Part shown: positions 10,473 through 18,706 of the stretch, one piece after another | Position numbering within the stretch: the stretch's first letter is position 1 | Layout of the letters: every line of letters starts with the position of its first letter | DNA from: a bacterium | GTDB taxonomy: Bacteria; Patescibacteriota; Minisyncoccia; UBA6257; 2-01-FULL-56-20 | Direction: 5' to 3' | DNA: 64,000 nucleotides | Assembly (NCBI GenBank): GCA_027310625.1 | Contig: DAIDAM010000002.1 | Location: 1,123 to 65,122, forward strand | Translations under genes and position numbers: made by a program | The notes under the pieces: generated by a model | Seen by the model: the letters and a program-made list of their open reading frames with translations, nothing else | What the model was told of the DNA's origin: nothing | The model's database searches: none

Positions 10473-11210
10473 TTGCCGATGGACACTAACAAAACAAGAA
10501 TAATACTGGTTTCCGTGCTGGGAGGGATTGCGCTTTCGGGTGCAGCGCTCTTCTTGTTTGTTAATTCTAACCCCCAACTTGCTGAAAATTATATCAAGTC
10601 ATTCAAGGGTTTGCCGCCGGAAGACACTATTGTTGACGTTGGACAAGCGAATGCCGATTTAGGGTTGCGTAAATACGGGTTGGCAATTCCTAGTTCCAAG
10701 GCGTCTTCGGAATACAAAAATGCCTTTGAACTTGCCTTCAATGAACTTGATATTCTTGATTCAACATTCAGGACGTCTCTTTACCCTCTTCTCGTCGGCT
10801 TAAAAGATAAATCGGGAAATTACGACGAATTAAGTTCTTCAATACTTAAAATCAGAGGCATAAACGAAATTGAGAAAAAACGAATTGCGATTCTCGGAAA
10901 TTACCTTGATAACTTCAGTTCGGCGAATCAGAAAACCGCCGACGCCGAGACAAAATCGCTGACCTCCGATTTGATTTCAAAATTTATTACGCTTAATGAC
11001 GCCTTTTCATCGTACTTCAGATTCGTTGATAAGATGGTTTCGGGAAGGATCAATGAGGGTTATGTAGAAGAAGGAAAAGCGGTTGCCGCAAATCTTGCCT
11101 CCGCCAAAAAAGCTTTCTTGGAAGCGAGTAAAAAGTTGACTGAATTCTTTATAGGAGCTTCAAGGGCTGTTTCAACTTCGCCGACAATAGTTAAGCCTCC
11201 AGCCCAATAA
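10473..11210 (+). CDS. membrane-anchored hypothetical protein
   Basis: 245 aa with one N-terminal transmembrane helix and no recognisable motif. Confidence 0.45.
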   Translation: MPMDTNKTRIILVSVLGGIALSGAALFLFVNSNPQLAENYIKSFKGLPPEDTIVDVGQANADLGLRKYGLAIPSSKASSEYKNAFELAFNELDILDSTFRTSLYPLLVGLKDKSGNYDELSSSILKIRGINEIEKKRIAILGNYLDNFSSANQKTADAETKSLTSDLISKFITLNDAFSSYFRFVDKMVSGRINEGYVEEGKAVAANLASAKKAFLEASKKLTEFFIGASRAVSTSPTIVKPPAQ

Positions 11211-11231
11211 TTTGATCTTCGATGGTGAAGT

Positions 11232-11270
11232 AAAAAAAGCCCACGCGTACGGTTGAGCGTGGTGCTAGTT
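11232..11270. terminator. bidirectional rho-independent terminator between convergent genes
   Basis: Stem CCACGC/GCGTGG with a 10-nt loop. A 7-nt A-run on its 5' side gives a U-tract for the minus-strand gene, and a T-rich stretch on its 3' side serves the plus-strand gene. Confidence 0.6.
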
Positions 11271-11294
11271 TGTTCTGCTGTCGGCCGCCGCGAG

Positions 11295-11849
11295 TTAGTT
11301 CGTGCTCGTCTTCTTCGCGTCGCCTGCTCTGATTTTCTCGTTGAACTTCATGGCGACGCCTTTTGCCGCGAGCTCTACCAGCGGTCCGGTGATGCCGTTT
11401 CGCTGGTAGAACACTAGTCCCACGGGAGCAGGAGACTTGATGCCAGCGGGGGGTTGGATTCCCACACCGCCAGCAAGCTCGCCGCTGTCCGGATCGTACA
11501 CGATCGCGAGCCGGACCTCTCTTGCCCCGTTCGTCCCGTCCGGTACTACCTGGAAGCCGGAGTTTTCAAGTTTCTCCTTGAGGACGCCCGCGAAGACCCT
11601 GGCAACCTCGTCGATCGCAGCGTACTCGGGAGCATCTTCTGCCAACGGAGCTTTCGGGTTTTTGCCCGACCTCCTGATGACGGTGATGTACACCGGTCCT
11701 TCCACTGCATAGGGCAATTCCTTCAGGCGTTCGGCAGTGTCGACTTTGACGTCTATCCTTAGATTCATCTGCGGGTTCGGCTGTGCTCCCGCCGGCGCCG
11801 CGATCGCAAGCGCGAACAGCGCCGCGAGAACCGCTTTCAGGACCTTCAT
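11295..11849 (-). CDS. secreted hypothetical protein of atypical, GC-rich composition (probably foreign)
   Basis: 184 aa. Signal peptide MKVLKAVLAALFALAIAAPAGA. GC3-rich codons (roughly 60% GC) in a ~50% GC context. Confidence 0.6.
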   Translation of the reverse strand: MKVLKAVLAALFALAIAAPAGAQPNPQMNLRIDVKVDTAERLKELPYAVEGPVYITVIRRSGKNPKAPLAEDAPEYAAIDEVARVFAGVLKEKLENSGFQVVPDGTNGAREVRLAIVYDPDSGELAGGVGIQPPAGIKSPAPVGLVFYQRNGITGPLVELAAKGVAMKFNEKIRAGDAKKTSTN

Positions 11850-12105
11850 GGCTTACCTTACCTTTCTGCGTTCAAAACGCGTGTGAAATTGACAAGTACT
11901 GCTACGTGCCAATACCCTACCATACTTTCGCCAAAACTTCAAGGTGCAGAAATTCGTTGAAAATGCTTGTTTAGATGCCCAACAATCTCTGCCGGCAGCA
12001 TGAAGGATGGTTTTTATTTTATTTGAAATGCGGAGATGAGAAAAAATTCCTTACCGGTTTCATCGTTATTTTTCAGTATAGCAAAGGCAGGTTTTTTAAA
12101 GAGAT

Positions 12106-12134
12106 TTGCTCTTCTTAAATTTTTCGTTTATAAT
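12106..12134 (+). promoter_or_regulatory. sigma70-like promoter for rpsO (TTGCTC -35, 17-nt spacer, TATAAT -10)
   Basis: TATAAT at 12129-12134 and TTGCTC at 12106-12111. The -10 box ends 6 nt before the rpsO GTG. Confidence 0.35.
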
Positions 12135-12140
12135 CATGCG

Positions 12141-12401
12141 GTGCTTACCAAACGCGTAAAGTCAAAGACAATCAGAGAATCGCAAAGACACGAAAAGGAC
12201 ACTGGTTCAGCGGAAGTGCAGATTTCCGTCCTTTCAAGGCGGATTGAGGAACTCTCTTCGCATCTGAAGAAGAATCCAAAAGACCAGCATTCGCGGCGCG
12301 GGCTTTTGAAAATGGTCAGCAAAAGAAGGAAACTTTTGAATTATTTGAAGGAAAAACAGCCGAATGTGTATGCGAAACTCGCAAGAAAACTGGGGCTGTG
12401 A
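12141..12401 (+). CDS. rpsO: 30S ribosomal protein S15
   Basis: The sequence ...[56 protein letters not shown] matches bacterial S15 throughout. The start is taken as the GTG at 12141, giving 87 aa, because the track's longer ORF has an unrelated N-terminal extension. Confidence 0.9.
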   Translation: MLTKRVKSKTIRESQRHEKDTGSAEVQISVLSRRIEELSSHLKKNPKDQHSRRGLLKMVSKRRKLLNYLKEKQPNVYAKLARKLGL

Positions 12402-12424
12402 CCATCACCGAATAACGAATCCGG

Positions 12425-12826
12425 TTGCGAATGAACGAATTAAAAAGAAAAGATTTAGTTTATCCAAATTTGAGCTATAAAATAATTGGATGTGCGTTTG
12501 ATGTACACAACAGTTTAGGCGATGGACATCATGAAAAGTATTACCAGCGAGCACTGGCAGAATCTTTTCGGCAAAACAATATTAATTTCAAACAACAAGT
12601 TTATTTTCCTTTGCAGTATCGCGGTAAAATAGTCGGGAGAAATTTCTTGGACTTTCTGGTGGAAGACAAAATTGTCGTCGAAATCAAAAAAGGAAACAGA
12701 TATTCCAAAAAGCACGTCAATCAGGTACTCGAATATTTAAAAATGACCAACACCAAGTTAGCCATTTTGATAAACTTTGGTTCCGATGGTGTTTCTTTCA
12801 AAAGAGTCGTAAACTTTAATTCGTAA
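12425..12826 (+). CDS. GxxExxY family protein (PD-(D/E)XK-like nuclease fold)
   Basis: 133 aa. The literal motif GHHEKYY follows CAFDVHNSLG. Size and context are typical of this family. Confidence 0.7.
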   Translation: MRMNELKRKDLVYPNLSYKIIGCAFDVHNSLGDGHHEKYYQRALAESFRQNNINFKQQVYFPLQYRGKIVGRNFLDFLVEDKIVVEIKKGNRYSKKHVNQVLEYLKMTNTKLAILINFGSDGVSFKRVVNFNS

Positions 12827-12863
12827 ATTCGTTCAAAATTCGTTATTCGTTGATGATAATAAC

Positions 12864-13376
12864 ATGAAATCCACCACTGTTCACGAGGACCAGCGCATAG
12901 GCATTTTCATTGACGTTCAGAATCTTTACCATTCCGCGAAAAACCTTTATCGCGGCAGGGTCAACTACAAAGAACTTCTGAAAAACCTCGTCGCCGGGCG
13001 AAAACTCATCCGTGCCGTGGCCTACGTCGTCAAAAGCGAAACCGCCGTCGGCGAAGCGGCGTTCTTCGAAGCGCTTGAAAAAGAGGGGCTGGAACTCCGC
13101 TCGAAGGATTTACAGATTTATCCCGACGGTACGAAAAAAGCCGACTGGGACGTGGGTATGGCGGTGGACGCAATCCGCATGGCGCCCTCGCTCGACTCCG
13201 TGATTCTGGTCACCGGCGACGGCGATTTCGTTCCGCTCGTGGAGTATATCAAGTGGGGAGTGGGCTCAATGGTTGAAGTCGCCGCCTTCAAAAGAAGCGC
13301 GTCGCTCAAGATTCAGGAAGCGGCCGACAGGTTTATAAATATGGAGGAGATACCGAGGATAATATTGCGCAAATAA
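12864..13376 (+). CDS. NYN domain (LabA/DUF88-like, PIN-related) protein
   Basis: 170 aa with IGIFIDVQNLY ... VILVTGDGDFVPLVE, the NYN acidic motifs. Confidence 0.7.
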   Translation: MKSTTVHEDQRIGIFIDVQNLYHSAKNLYRGRVNYKELLKNLVAGRKLIRAVAYVVKSETAVGEAAFFEALEKEGLELRSKDLQIYPDGTKKADWDVGMAVDAIRMAPSLDSVILVTGDGDFVPLVEYIKWGVGSMVEVAAFKRSASLKIQEAADRFINMEEIPRIILRK

Positions 13377-13487
13377 AAATCAGCATTAATCAGCCGCTAT
13401 CCGCATAAATCAGCGTCAAAAGTATTATTTCAGCCCTGAACGCTGATAGATGCTGATTTAGCCGATTGATGCTGATACGATGAATCA
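13377..13487. repeat. ATCAGC/GCTGAT-motif repeat cluster in the pnp 5' region
   Basis: Sequence aaatcagcattaatcagccgctatccgcataaatcagcg...gctgatagatgctgatttagccgattgatgctgatacg. The same motif grammar recurs at 27650-27770 and 40941-41023. Confidence 0.6.
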
Positions 13488-15590
13488 ATGACTAGAAAAC
13501 AATACACAACTGAAGTCGGCGGAAAAACGCTGACCATTGAAATCTCTCCTCTCGCAGAACAGGCAAACGGCGCCGCGCTCGCGAAATACGGCGAAACAGC
13601 GGTTTTGGTGACCGCGGTTATGGAAAAAAGGGAGGGCGATTTTGATTACGTCCCGCTCAAGGTTGACTACGAGGAAAGATTTTACGCCGCCGGAAAAGTT
13701 ATCGGTTCCAGATACATCAGGCGCGAAGGCCGTCCGTCGGAGGAAGCGGTTTTGTCGGCGCGGCTTGTGGACCGCGTCATCCGCCCGCTTTTTGACGAAC
13801 ACATCAGGAACGAAATGCAGGTGGTGGCGACCGTCCTCGCCTACGACGAGGAAAACGACCCCGACTTTGTGGGGCTGATGGCGGCGTCGATCGCGCTCGG
13901 AATCTCGGACATTTCCTGGAACGGGCCGGCCGCGGGCGTGCGCGTCGCGAAAATCGGCGGAAAAATCGTCGTCAACCCGACCTCGTCCGAAACAAAAAAC
14001 CCGGAGTGCGAGATGGAAATGTTCGCCGCCGGACCGAAAGGGAAAATAAATATGATTGAGCTCGGCGGGAAAGAAATTTCCGAAAAGGAAATCGTCTCGG
14101 CTTGCGAGGCGGCGCAGAGAGAAATAGACGAACTCATTCACTTTCAGGAAAAAATAATAAAGGAGAGCGGCAAGAAAAAAGCGGCCCTGAAACTTTTTGA
14201 AGTGGACGCGGAGTTTCGCGCCGAAGCGGAGAAATTTTTGAGAGAAAAAATCGAAAGCGCGATTTACAAGCCGAACAAGCTTGAATACACGGAGGCGATG
14301 GCCAACCTAAAAGCGGAGTACTTCGCCTTTATTTCCGCAAGCGAAAAGTTCGACGGCCGCTCGGCGAATCACGTCTGGGAAGAAGTCATTTGGGAAGTTG
14401 TCCAGAAAAACATTTTGGAAAAAGACAAACGTCCGGACGGCAGAAAACTCGGCGAAATCCGTAAGCTCGACGGCGAAGTGAAACTTTTCGAAAGGACGCA
14501 CGGCTCGGCGCTTTTTATAAGAGGCAACACGCAGACGCTCGCCGTGACGACGCTCGCCGCTCCCGGGGCGGAGCAGTTCATCGAGACGATGGAATTTACG
14601 GGCAAGCGGCGGTTTATGCTTCATTACAACTTTCCGCCTTATTCCGTCGGCGAAATCGGCTCTTTCCGCGGGCCGGGCAGGCGCGAAATCGGGCACGGCG
14701 CACTCGCGGAAAAAGCGCTCCGCTCCTTAATTCCTTCGCAGGAGGAATTTCCTTACACCGTCCGCGTCGTCGCCGAAACTCTTTCATCCAACGGCTCGTC
14801 TTCGATGGCGACGGTTTGCGCCTCCGCGCTTTCCCTGATGGATGCCGGCGTACCTCTCAAAAAACCGGCGGCGGGAATCGCAATGGGGATTGTGGAACGA
14901 CCAGCGACCAGCGACCAGCGACCAGAATATAAAATTTTAACGGACATTCAAGGTCCGGAGGATTTTTACGGCGGAATGGATTTCAAGGTCGCCGGCACGA
15001 GAGACGGCGTGACGGCGGTGCAGTTGGACGTCAAAATCCGCGGGCTCACTTCCGAAATGATTGAAAAAACTTTGGCGCAGGCAAAAGAGGCGCGCCTGCG
15101 GATACTTGATTTTATGAACGGCGTTTTGCCGTCGCCGCGCGAGAAACTTTCCGGCTACGCGCCGACGATAATCCAGCTCCGCATCAATCCCGAAAAAATC
15201 GGCGCCGTCATTGGTTCCGGCGGCAAGGTGATTAACGGACTAATCGAGAAATACAAACTATCGAGCATTGACATTGAAGAGGACGGCCGTGTTTTCATTT
15301 CGGCGGTTGACCGCGAACGCGCGGAAACGGCACTTGGCGAAATAAAAGCGTTGACGCGGGAATACAAAGTCGGCGAAATCGTCGAAGGCAAAGTTGTGAA
15401 ACTTCTGGATTTCGGAGCGATTGTCGATTTAGGCGGCGGCAAGGACGGGATGATCCACGTTTCTGAACTCAAGAATGGTTTCGTTAAAACCGTTAATGAA
15501 GTCGTCAAAGTCGGTGATTTCGTACGCGTGAAAGTGATTCGCGTTGACGCTGACGGGCACATCGGACTTTCGCTGAAGCAAATGGAGTAG
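13488..15590 (+). CDS. pnp: polyribonucleotide nucleotidyltransferase (PNPase)
   Basis: 700 aa with two RNase PH-like domains plus KH and S1 domains. The N-terminus MTRKQYTTEVGGKTLTIEI is typical. Confidence 0.95.
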   Translation: MTRKQYTTEVGGKTLTIEISPLAEQANGAALAKYGETAVLVTAVMEKREGDFDYVPLKVDYEERFYAAGKVIGSRYIRREGRPSEEAVLSARLVDRVIRPLFDEHIRNEMQVVATVLAYDEENDPDFVGLMAASIALGISDISWNGPAAGVRVAKIGGKIVVNPTSSETKNPECEMEMFAAGPKGKINMIELGGKEISEKEIVSACEAAQREIDELIHFQEKIIKESGKKKAALKLFEVDAEFRAEAEKFLREKIESAIYKPNKLEYTEAMANLKAEYFAFISASEKFDGRSANHVWEEVIWEVVQKNILEKDKRPDGRKLGEIRKLDGEVKLFERTHGSALFIRGNTQTLAVTTLAAPGAEQFIETMEFTGKRRFMLHYNFPPYSVGEIGSFRGPGRREIGHGALAEKALRSLIPSQEEFPYTVRVVAETLSSNGSSSMATVCASALSLMDAGVPLKKPAAGIAMGIVERPATSDQRPEYKILTDIQGPEDFYGGMDFKVAGTRDGVTAVQLDVKIRGLTSEMIEKTLAQAKEARLRILDFMNGVLPSPREKLSGYAPTIIQLRINPEKIGAVIGSGGKVINGLIEKYKLSSIDIEEDGRVFISAVDRERAETALGEIKALTREYKVGEIVEGKVVKLLDFGAIVDLGGGKDGMIHVSELKNGFVKTVNEVVKVGDFVRVKVIRVDADGHIGLSLKQME

Positions 15591-15592
15591 CG

Positions 15593-15653
15593 AGCGACCA
15601 GAGACCAGTGACCAGAGACCGGAAACCAGAGACCAGAGACCAGTAACTATATC
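15593..15653. repeat. GACCAG-family simple-sequence repeat cluster downstream of pnp
   Basis: Sequence cgagcgaccagagaccagtgaccagagaccggaaaccagagaccagagaccagtaac. Confidence 0.6.
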
Positions 15654-15672
15654 ACTTCTGTTATAATCAGGA

Positions 15673-16644
15673 GTGATTATGGCACAGGAAACTAATCCCG
15701 AACGCGAGCCGCTGACGAGCGTTTCTCCTCCTCCGTTCGAAATCACCGTCAGGACGATGGCTTCCGACGTCGCTTCCATTGCGGCGAGCGGCGGCGGTCC
15801 GCCGAAACCCCATCCGATTAAAATACTTTCAAGAACAGCACAGGAAGTAGGCGGCGTTGGCGGCTTTATAAAAACCGCCGAAGCACCCCCGAAACCGGAG
15901 AAAAAATCAATCCTTTCTTTTTTCTCAAACCCCGTTTTTCTTTACTCGCTTTCGGGAGTTTTTCTGATTTCTGTTTTTCTCGGCGGGTATTTTTTCCTTT
16001 ACCCGCTTCTCAACCCTTCGCCAGCGGAAAAGGGCGGCGCGGCCAACGCGAACCCGCCGCCCGCGTTAACGGAGCATAAAACGTTTTTCAATAAAGTCCT
16101 TGACGGAACGTTTGCGTCTGAAATCACATCGCCGATTAGTGGCCTTGAAATGAAACGCGACGAAATTAACTCCTTCGTCAGCGCGGTTTCCGGCTCGTTT
16201 TTTGAGATAACGCCCGAAAACGGGGAGAGAAAACCGATTTCCGCGGCTGACTTTTTCACGCTTATAAACGGCAACATAATTAATGCTGAGTTTCTGCAAA
16301 ACAATTTTGAAAGCGATTTCACTTTTTATTTGTACAGAAAAGACGGCGGACTTTTCCCGGGATATATTTTGCGCCTAAATGAAAATAAACTGAAAATTCT
16401 CACTGAGAGTTCCGTGCAGTCGAGGATAGAAAGCGCGTCATCAACCTGGACCAATCTCTTTTTTGATTATCCGGGCGATGCGAATGGGCAGTTCAGGAGC
16501 GAACTTTTGAGCGGACAGCCAATAAGAATTTTGAACTTCACAAACGCCTCAAGCGTCCTTGCCTACGGCTGGTTCGGAAACAACAGATATTTGATTATCA
16601 GCACGTCGCTTGAAGGTTTAAAGCAGGCGATTTCGCGATTCTGA
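15673..16644 (+). CDS. hypothetical membrane protein
   Basis: 323 aa with a Pro-rich N-terminus and one transmembrane helix. Confidence 0.45.
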   Translation: MIMAQETNPEREPLTSVSPPPFEITVRTMASDVASIAASGGGPPKPHPIKILSRTAQEVGGVGGFIKTAEAPPKPEKKSILSFFSNPVFLYSLSGVFLISVFLGGYFFLYPLLNPSPAEKGGAANANPPPALTEHKTFFNKVLDGTFASEITSPISGLEMKRDEINSFVSAVSGSFFEITPENGERKPISAADFFTLINGNIINAEFLQNNFESDFTFYLYRKDGGLFPGYILRLNENKLKILTESSVQSRIESASSTWTNLFFDYPGDANGQFRSELLSGQPIRILNFTNASSVLAYGWFGNNRYLIISTSLEGLKQAISRF

Positions 16645-16736
16645 TTTTCATTCCCGTAGCACGAGGTATTCAACCCTTTGTCAGCACGTTTCTGCTGGCG
16701 CAAAAAACAAACGGCAACAAAGAAAAAACAAGAACA

Positions 16737-16758
16737 CCGCTATGACTAGTCATAGCGG
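16737..16758 (-). terminator. rho-independent terminator of recA (perfect 22-nt palindrome)
   Basis: CCGCTATGACTAGTCATAGCGG. On the minus strand it is followed by a T-rich tract (plus strand 16700-16736 is A-rich). Confidence 0.5.
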
Positions 16759-16848
16759 CTCCCGTTGTTGTATTATTTGGCTGTTCAGTATCCCTTCATT
16801 CCTTCCGGTTTTTTAAAAATTTCCGAGTTTCTAACGTAGTTTCTACTC

Positions 16849-17862
16849 TTACTTCGCCTGTGCCTTAACCTTCGCCTTGATCTCGTTCAAAAGTTTTTTG
16901 TCTTCGGCGAGCTTTTCACAGGATTTTTCGAAGCCGACGCCGAGCTTTTCGCCGCCAAGGGAATACGACGCGCCGGATTTCGTAACGACGCCGTATTTCA
17001 GCGCCGCGTTCAAGACATCGGCTTCGTAGGAAATTCCCTTGCCGTACATCAGGTCGAACTCCGACATTTTGAACGGCGGCGCCACTTTGTTTTTTACGAC
17101 TTTCACGCGCACGCGGCTGCCGACGATGTCTTCGCCTTTTTTCACCTGCGCGATTCTGCGGACGTCGAGGCGGACGGAAGCGGCGAATTTCAAGGCGAGA
17201 CCGCCCGGCGTCGTTTCCGGATTGCCGAACATTATGCCGATTTTCATCCGGATTTGATTGATGAAAATTATCATCGTTTGCGTCCGCGCGGCGAGCGCCG
17301 TCAGTTTGCGGAGCGCCTGCGACATCATTCGCGCCTGCCGGCCGACGTGCTGGTCGCCCATCTCGCCTTCGATTTCGGCCTTCGGCGTTAGCGCGGCGAC
17401 GGAGTCAACGACGACGACGGAAATCGCTTCCGAGCGCACCAAACTTTCAAGAATGTTCAGCGCCTCTTCGCCGTTGTCCGGCTGCGATATCAGAAGATCG
17501 TTTACTTTCACGCCGAGATTGGAGGCGTACTCCGGGTCGAGAGCGTGTTCGGCGTCGATGTAAGCCGCTTTCCCGCCCTGCTTTTGCGCTTGGGCGACGA
17601 CATTCAGGGCGAGCGTCGTTTTGCCGCTGCCTTCCGGTCCGAAAATTTCAATCACTCTTCCGCGCGGCAAGCCGCCCACTCCGAGCGCCATATCAAGTGA
17701 AAAAGAGCCAGTCGGTATCACCGCGACGTCAACGTGCCTCACGTCGCCGAGTTTCATTATCGCGCCTTCGCCGAATTTTTCCTGCAGCGACGACATCAAG
17801 TCGTCAATTTGCGATTTTTTTTCTTGCGGCGAGTTTTCCCGGGCCGCTTCTTTTTTGGTCAT
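16849..17862 (-). CDS. recA: recombinase RecA
   Basis: 337 aa with Walker [10 protein letters not shown] and the canonical RecA core ([24 protein letters not shown]). Confidence 0.95.
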   Translation of the reverse strand: MTKKEAARENSPQEKKSQIDDLMSSLQEKFGEGAIMKLGDVRHVDVAVIPTGSFSLDMALGVGGLPRGRVIEIFGPEGSGKTTLALNVVAQAQKQGGKAAYIDAEHALDPEYASNLGVKVNDLLISQPDNGEEALNILESLVRSEAISVVVVDSVAALTPKAEIEGEMGDQHVGRQARMMSQALRKLTALAARTQTMIIFINQIRMKIGIMFGNPETTPGGLALKFAASVRLDVRRIAQVKKGEDIVGSRVRVKVVKNKVAPPFKMSEFDLMYGKGISYEADVLNAALKYGVVTKSGASYSLGGEKLGVGFEKSCEKLAEDKKLLNEIKAKVKAQAK

Positions 17863-17951
17863 AGGTTTAAATAATCAGTGATCAGAATTAAAGGACTTCT
17901 GATGTCTATTGACCGGTGTCTGATACCTCAAATTTATTATACCCCATCCCG

Positions 17952-18611
17952 TTATTGCGATAAAACTTGGCCGCTCGTGCCCGTTGCCGGCTGATACATT
18001 ATTTGGCGCACAATTTTAGCTTCGCGCCCCAGGAATTTTTTTGCTTTCACTTCCACATTATTTATGCCCGCCTGAAGCTCAATGTCTTTTCGCCAGTCCC
18101 CGTTTGCCTGAATTTCAATTTTTTCGCCGTTAACCGTCAGTTCGTCGCTGTTTGAAACCTTGCCGCTTATAGTCGCGCGGTTGTTTACGGTTACAATCAG
18201 CGCCTCGGCGGGATTTTCAACCCTCAAAGCAGGAGTTCCTGAAATTTCGTAGAATCTGAAACCGAGGTAGAGAATGATTGCGAGTGCAACGGCGCCGATT
18301 ATCAGATATTTGTTCGCCGGCTTTCTTGAAAATCTGTTTCTTGTGATTTCGTCTCCTTTGCCGGAGCTTTTTTCGGCGGCAAGTTTTTTCATTTCTTCCC
18401 ACGCTTCTTCCGGATTGAAATCCAAAACTTCGCCGAGCTTCCAAAGATAACCCTTGAGATACGGGGGAGAAGGCAGGCGCGCCGGGTCGCCCGAAAAAAT
18501 GCCTTCAATGTTTTTTGCCGAAATCCCCGTCAGTTCTGATAGCTGTTTTATGCCGACTCCTTTCTCGCGCGCACGCTCGCTCAAAAAGTTTGAAAATTCA
18601 CTATAGTCCAT
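17952..18611 (-). CDS. helix-turn-helix (XRE-like) single-pass membrane protein, RodZ-like
   Basis: 219 aa with an N-terminal HTH (IKQLSELTGISAKNIEGIF), a central transmembrane helix and a C-terminal beta-rich domain. Confidence 0.55.
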   Translation of the reverse strand: MDYSEFSNFLSERAREKGVGIKQLSELTGISAKNIEGIFSGDPARLPSPPYLKGYLWKLGEVLDFNPEEAWEEMKKLAAEKSSGKGDEITRNRFSRKPANKYLIIGAVALAIILYLGFRFYEISGTPALRVENPAEALIVTVNNRATISGKVSNSDELTVNGEKIEIQANGDWRKDIELQAGINNVEVKAKKFLGREAKIVRQIMYQPATGTSGQVLSQ

Positions 18612-18706
18612 AATTTATTTATAAGCAATATCCATCGATATCCACAAGTATCAATAAATATCGAACTTGATATTTTAGATACTCGCTCCGCGATACTCAT
18701 GGATAT

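Noticed and set aside
14898-14925. CRISPR array, suggested by the short tandem repeats (CGACCAG, GACATCA, GCTGTTG)
   Set aside because: The units are 7 nt with no intervening unique spacers, they sit inside intact reading frames, and no cas genes are present. They are microsatellite-like rather than CRISPR.
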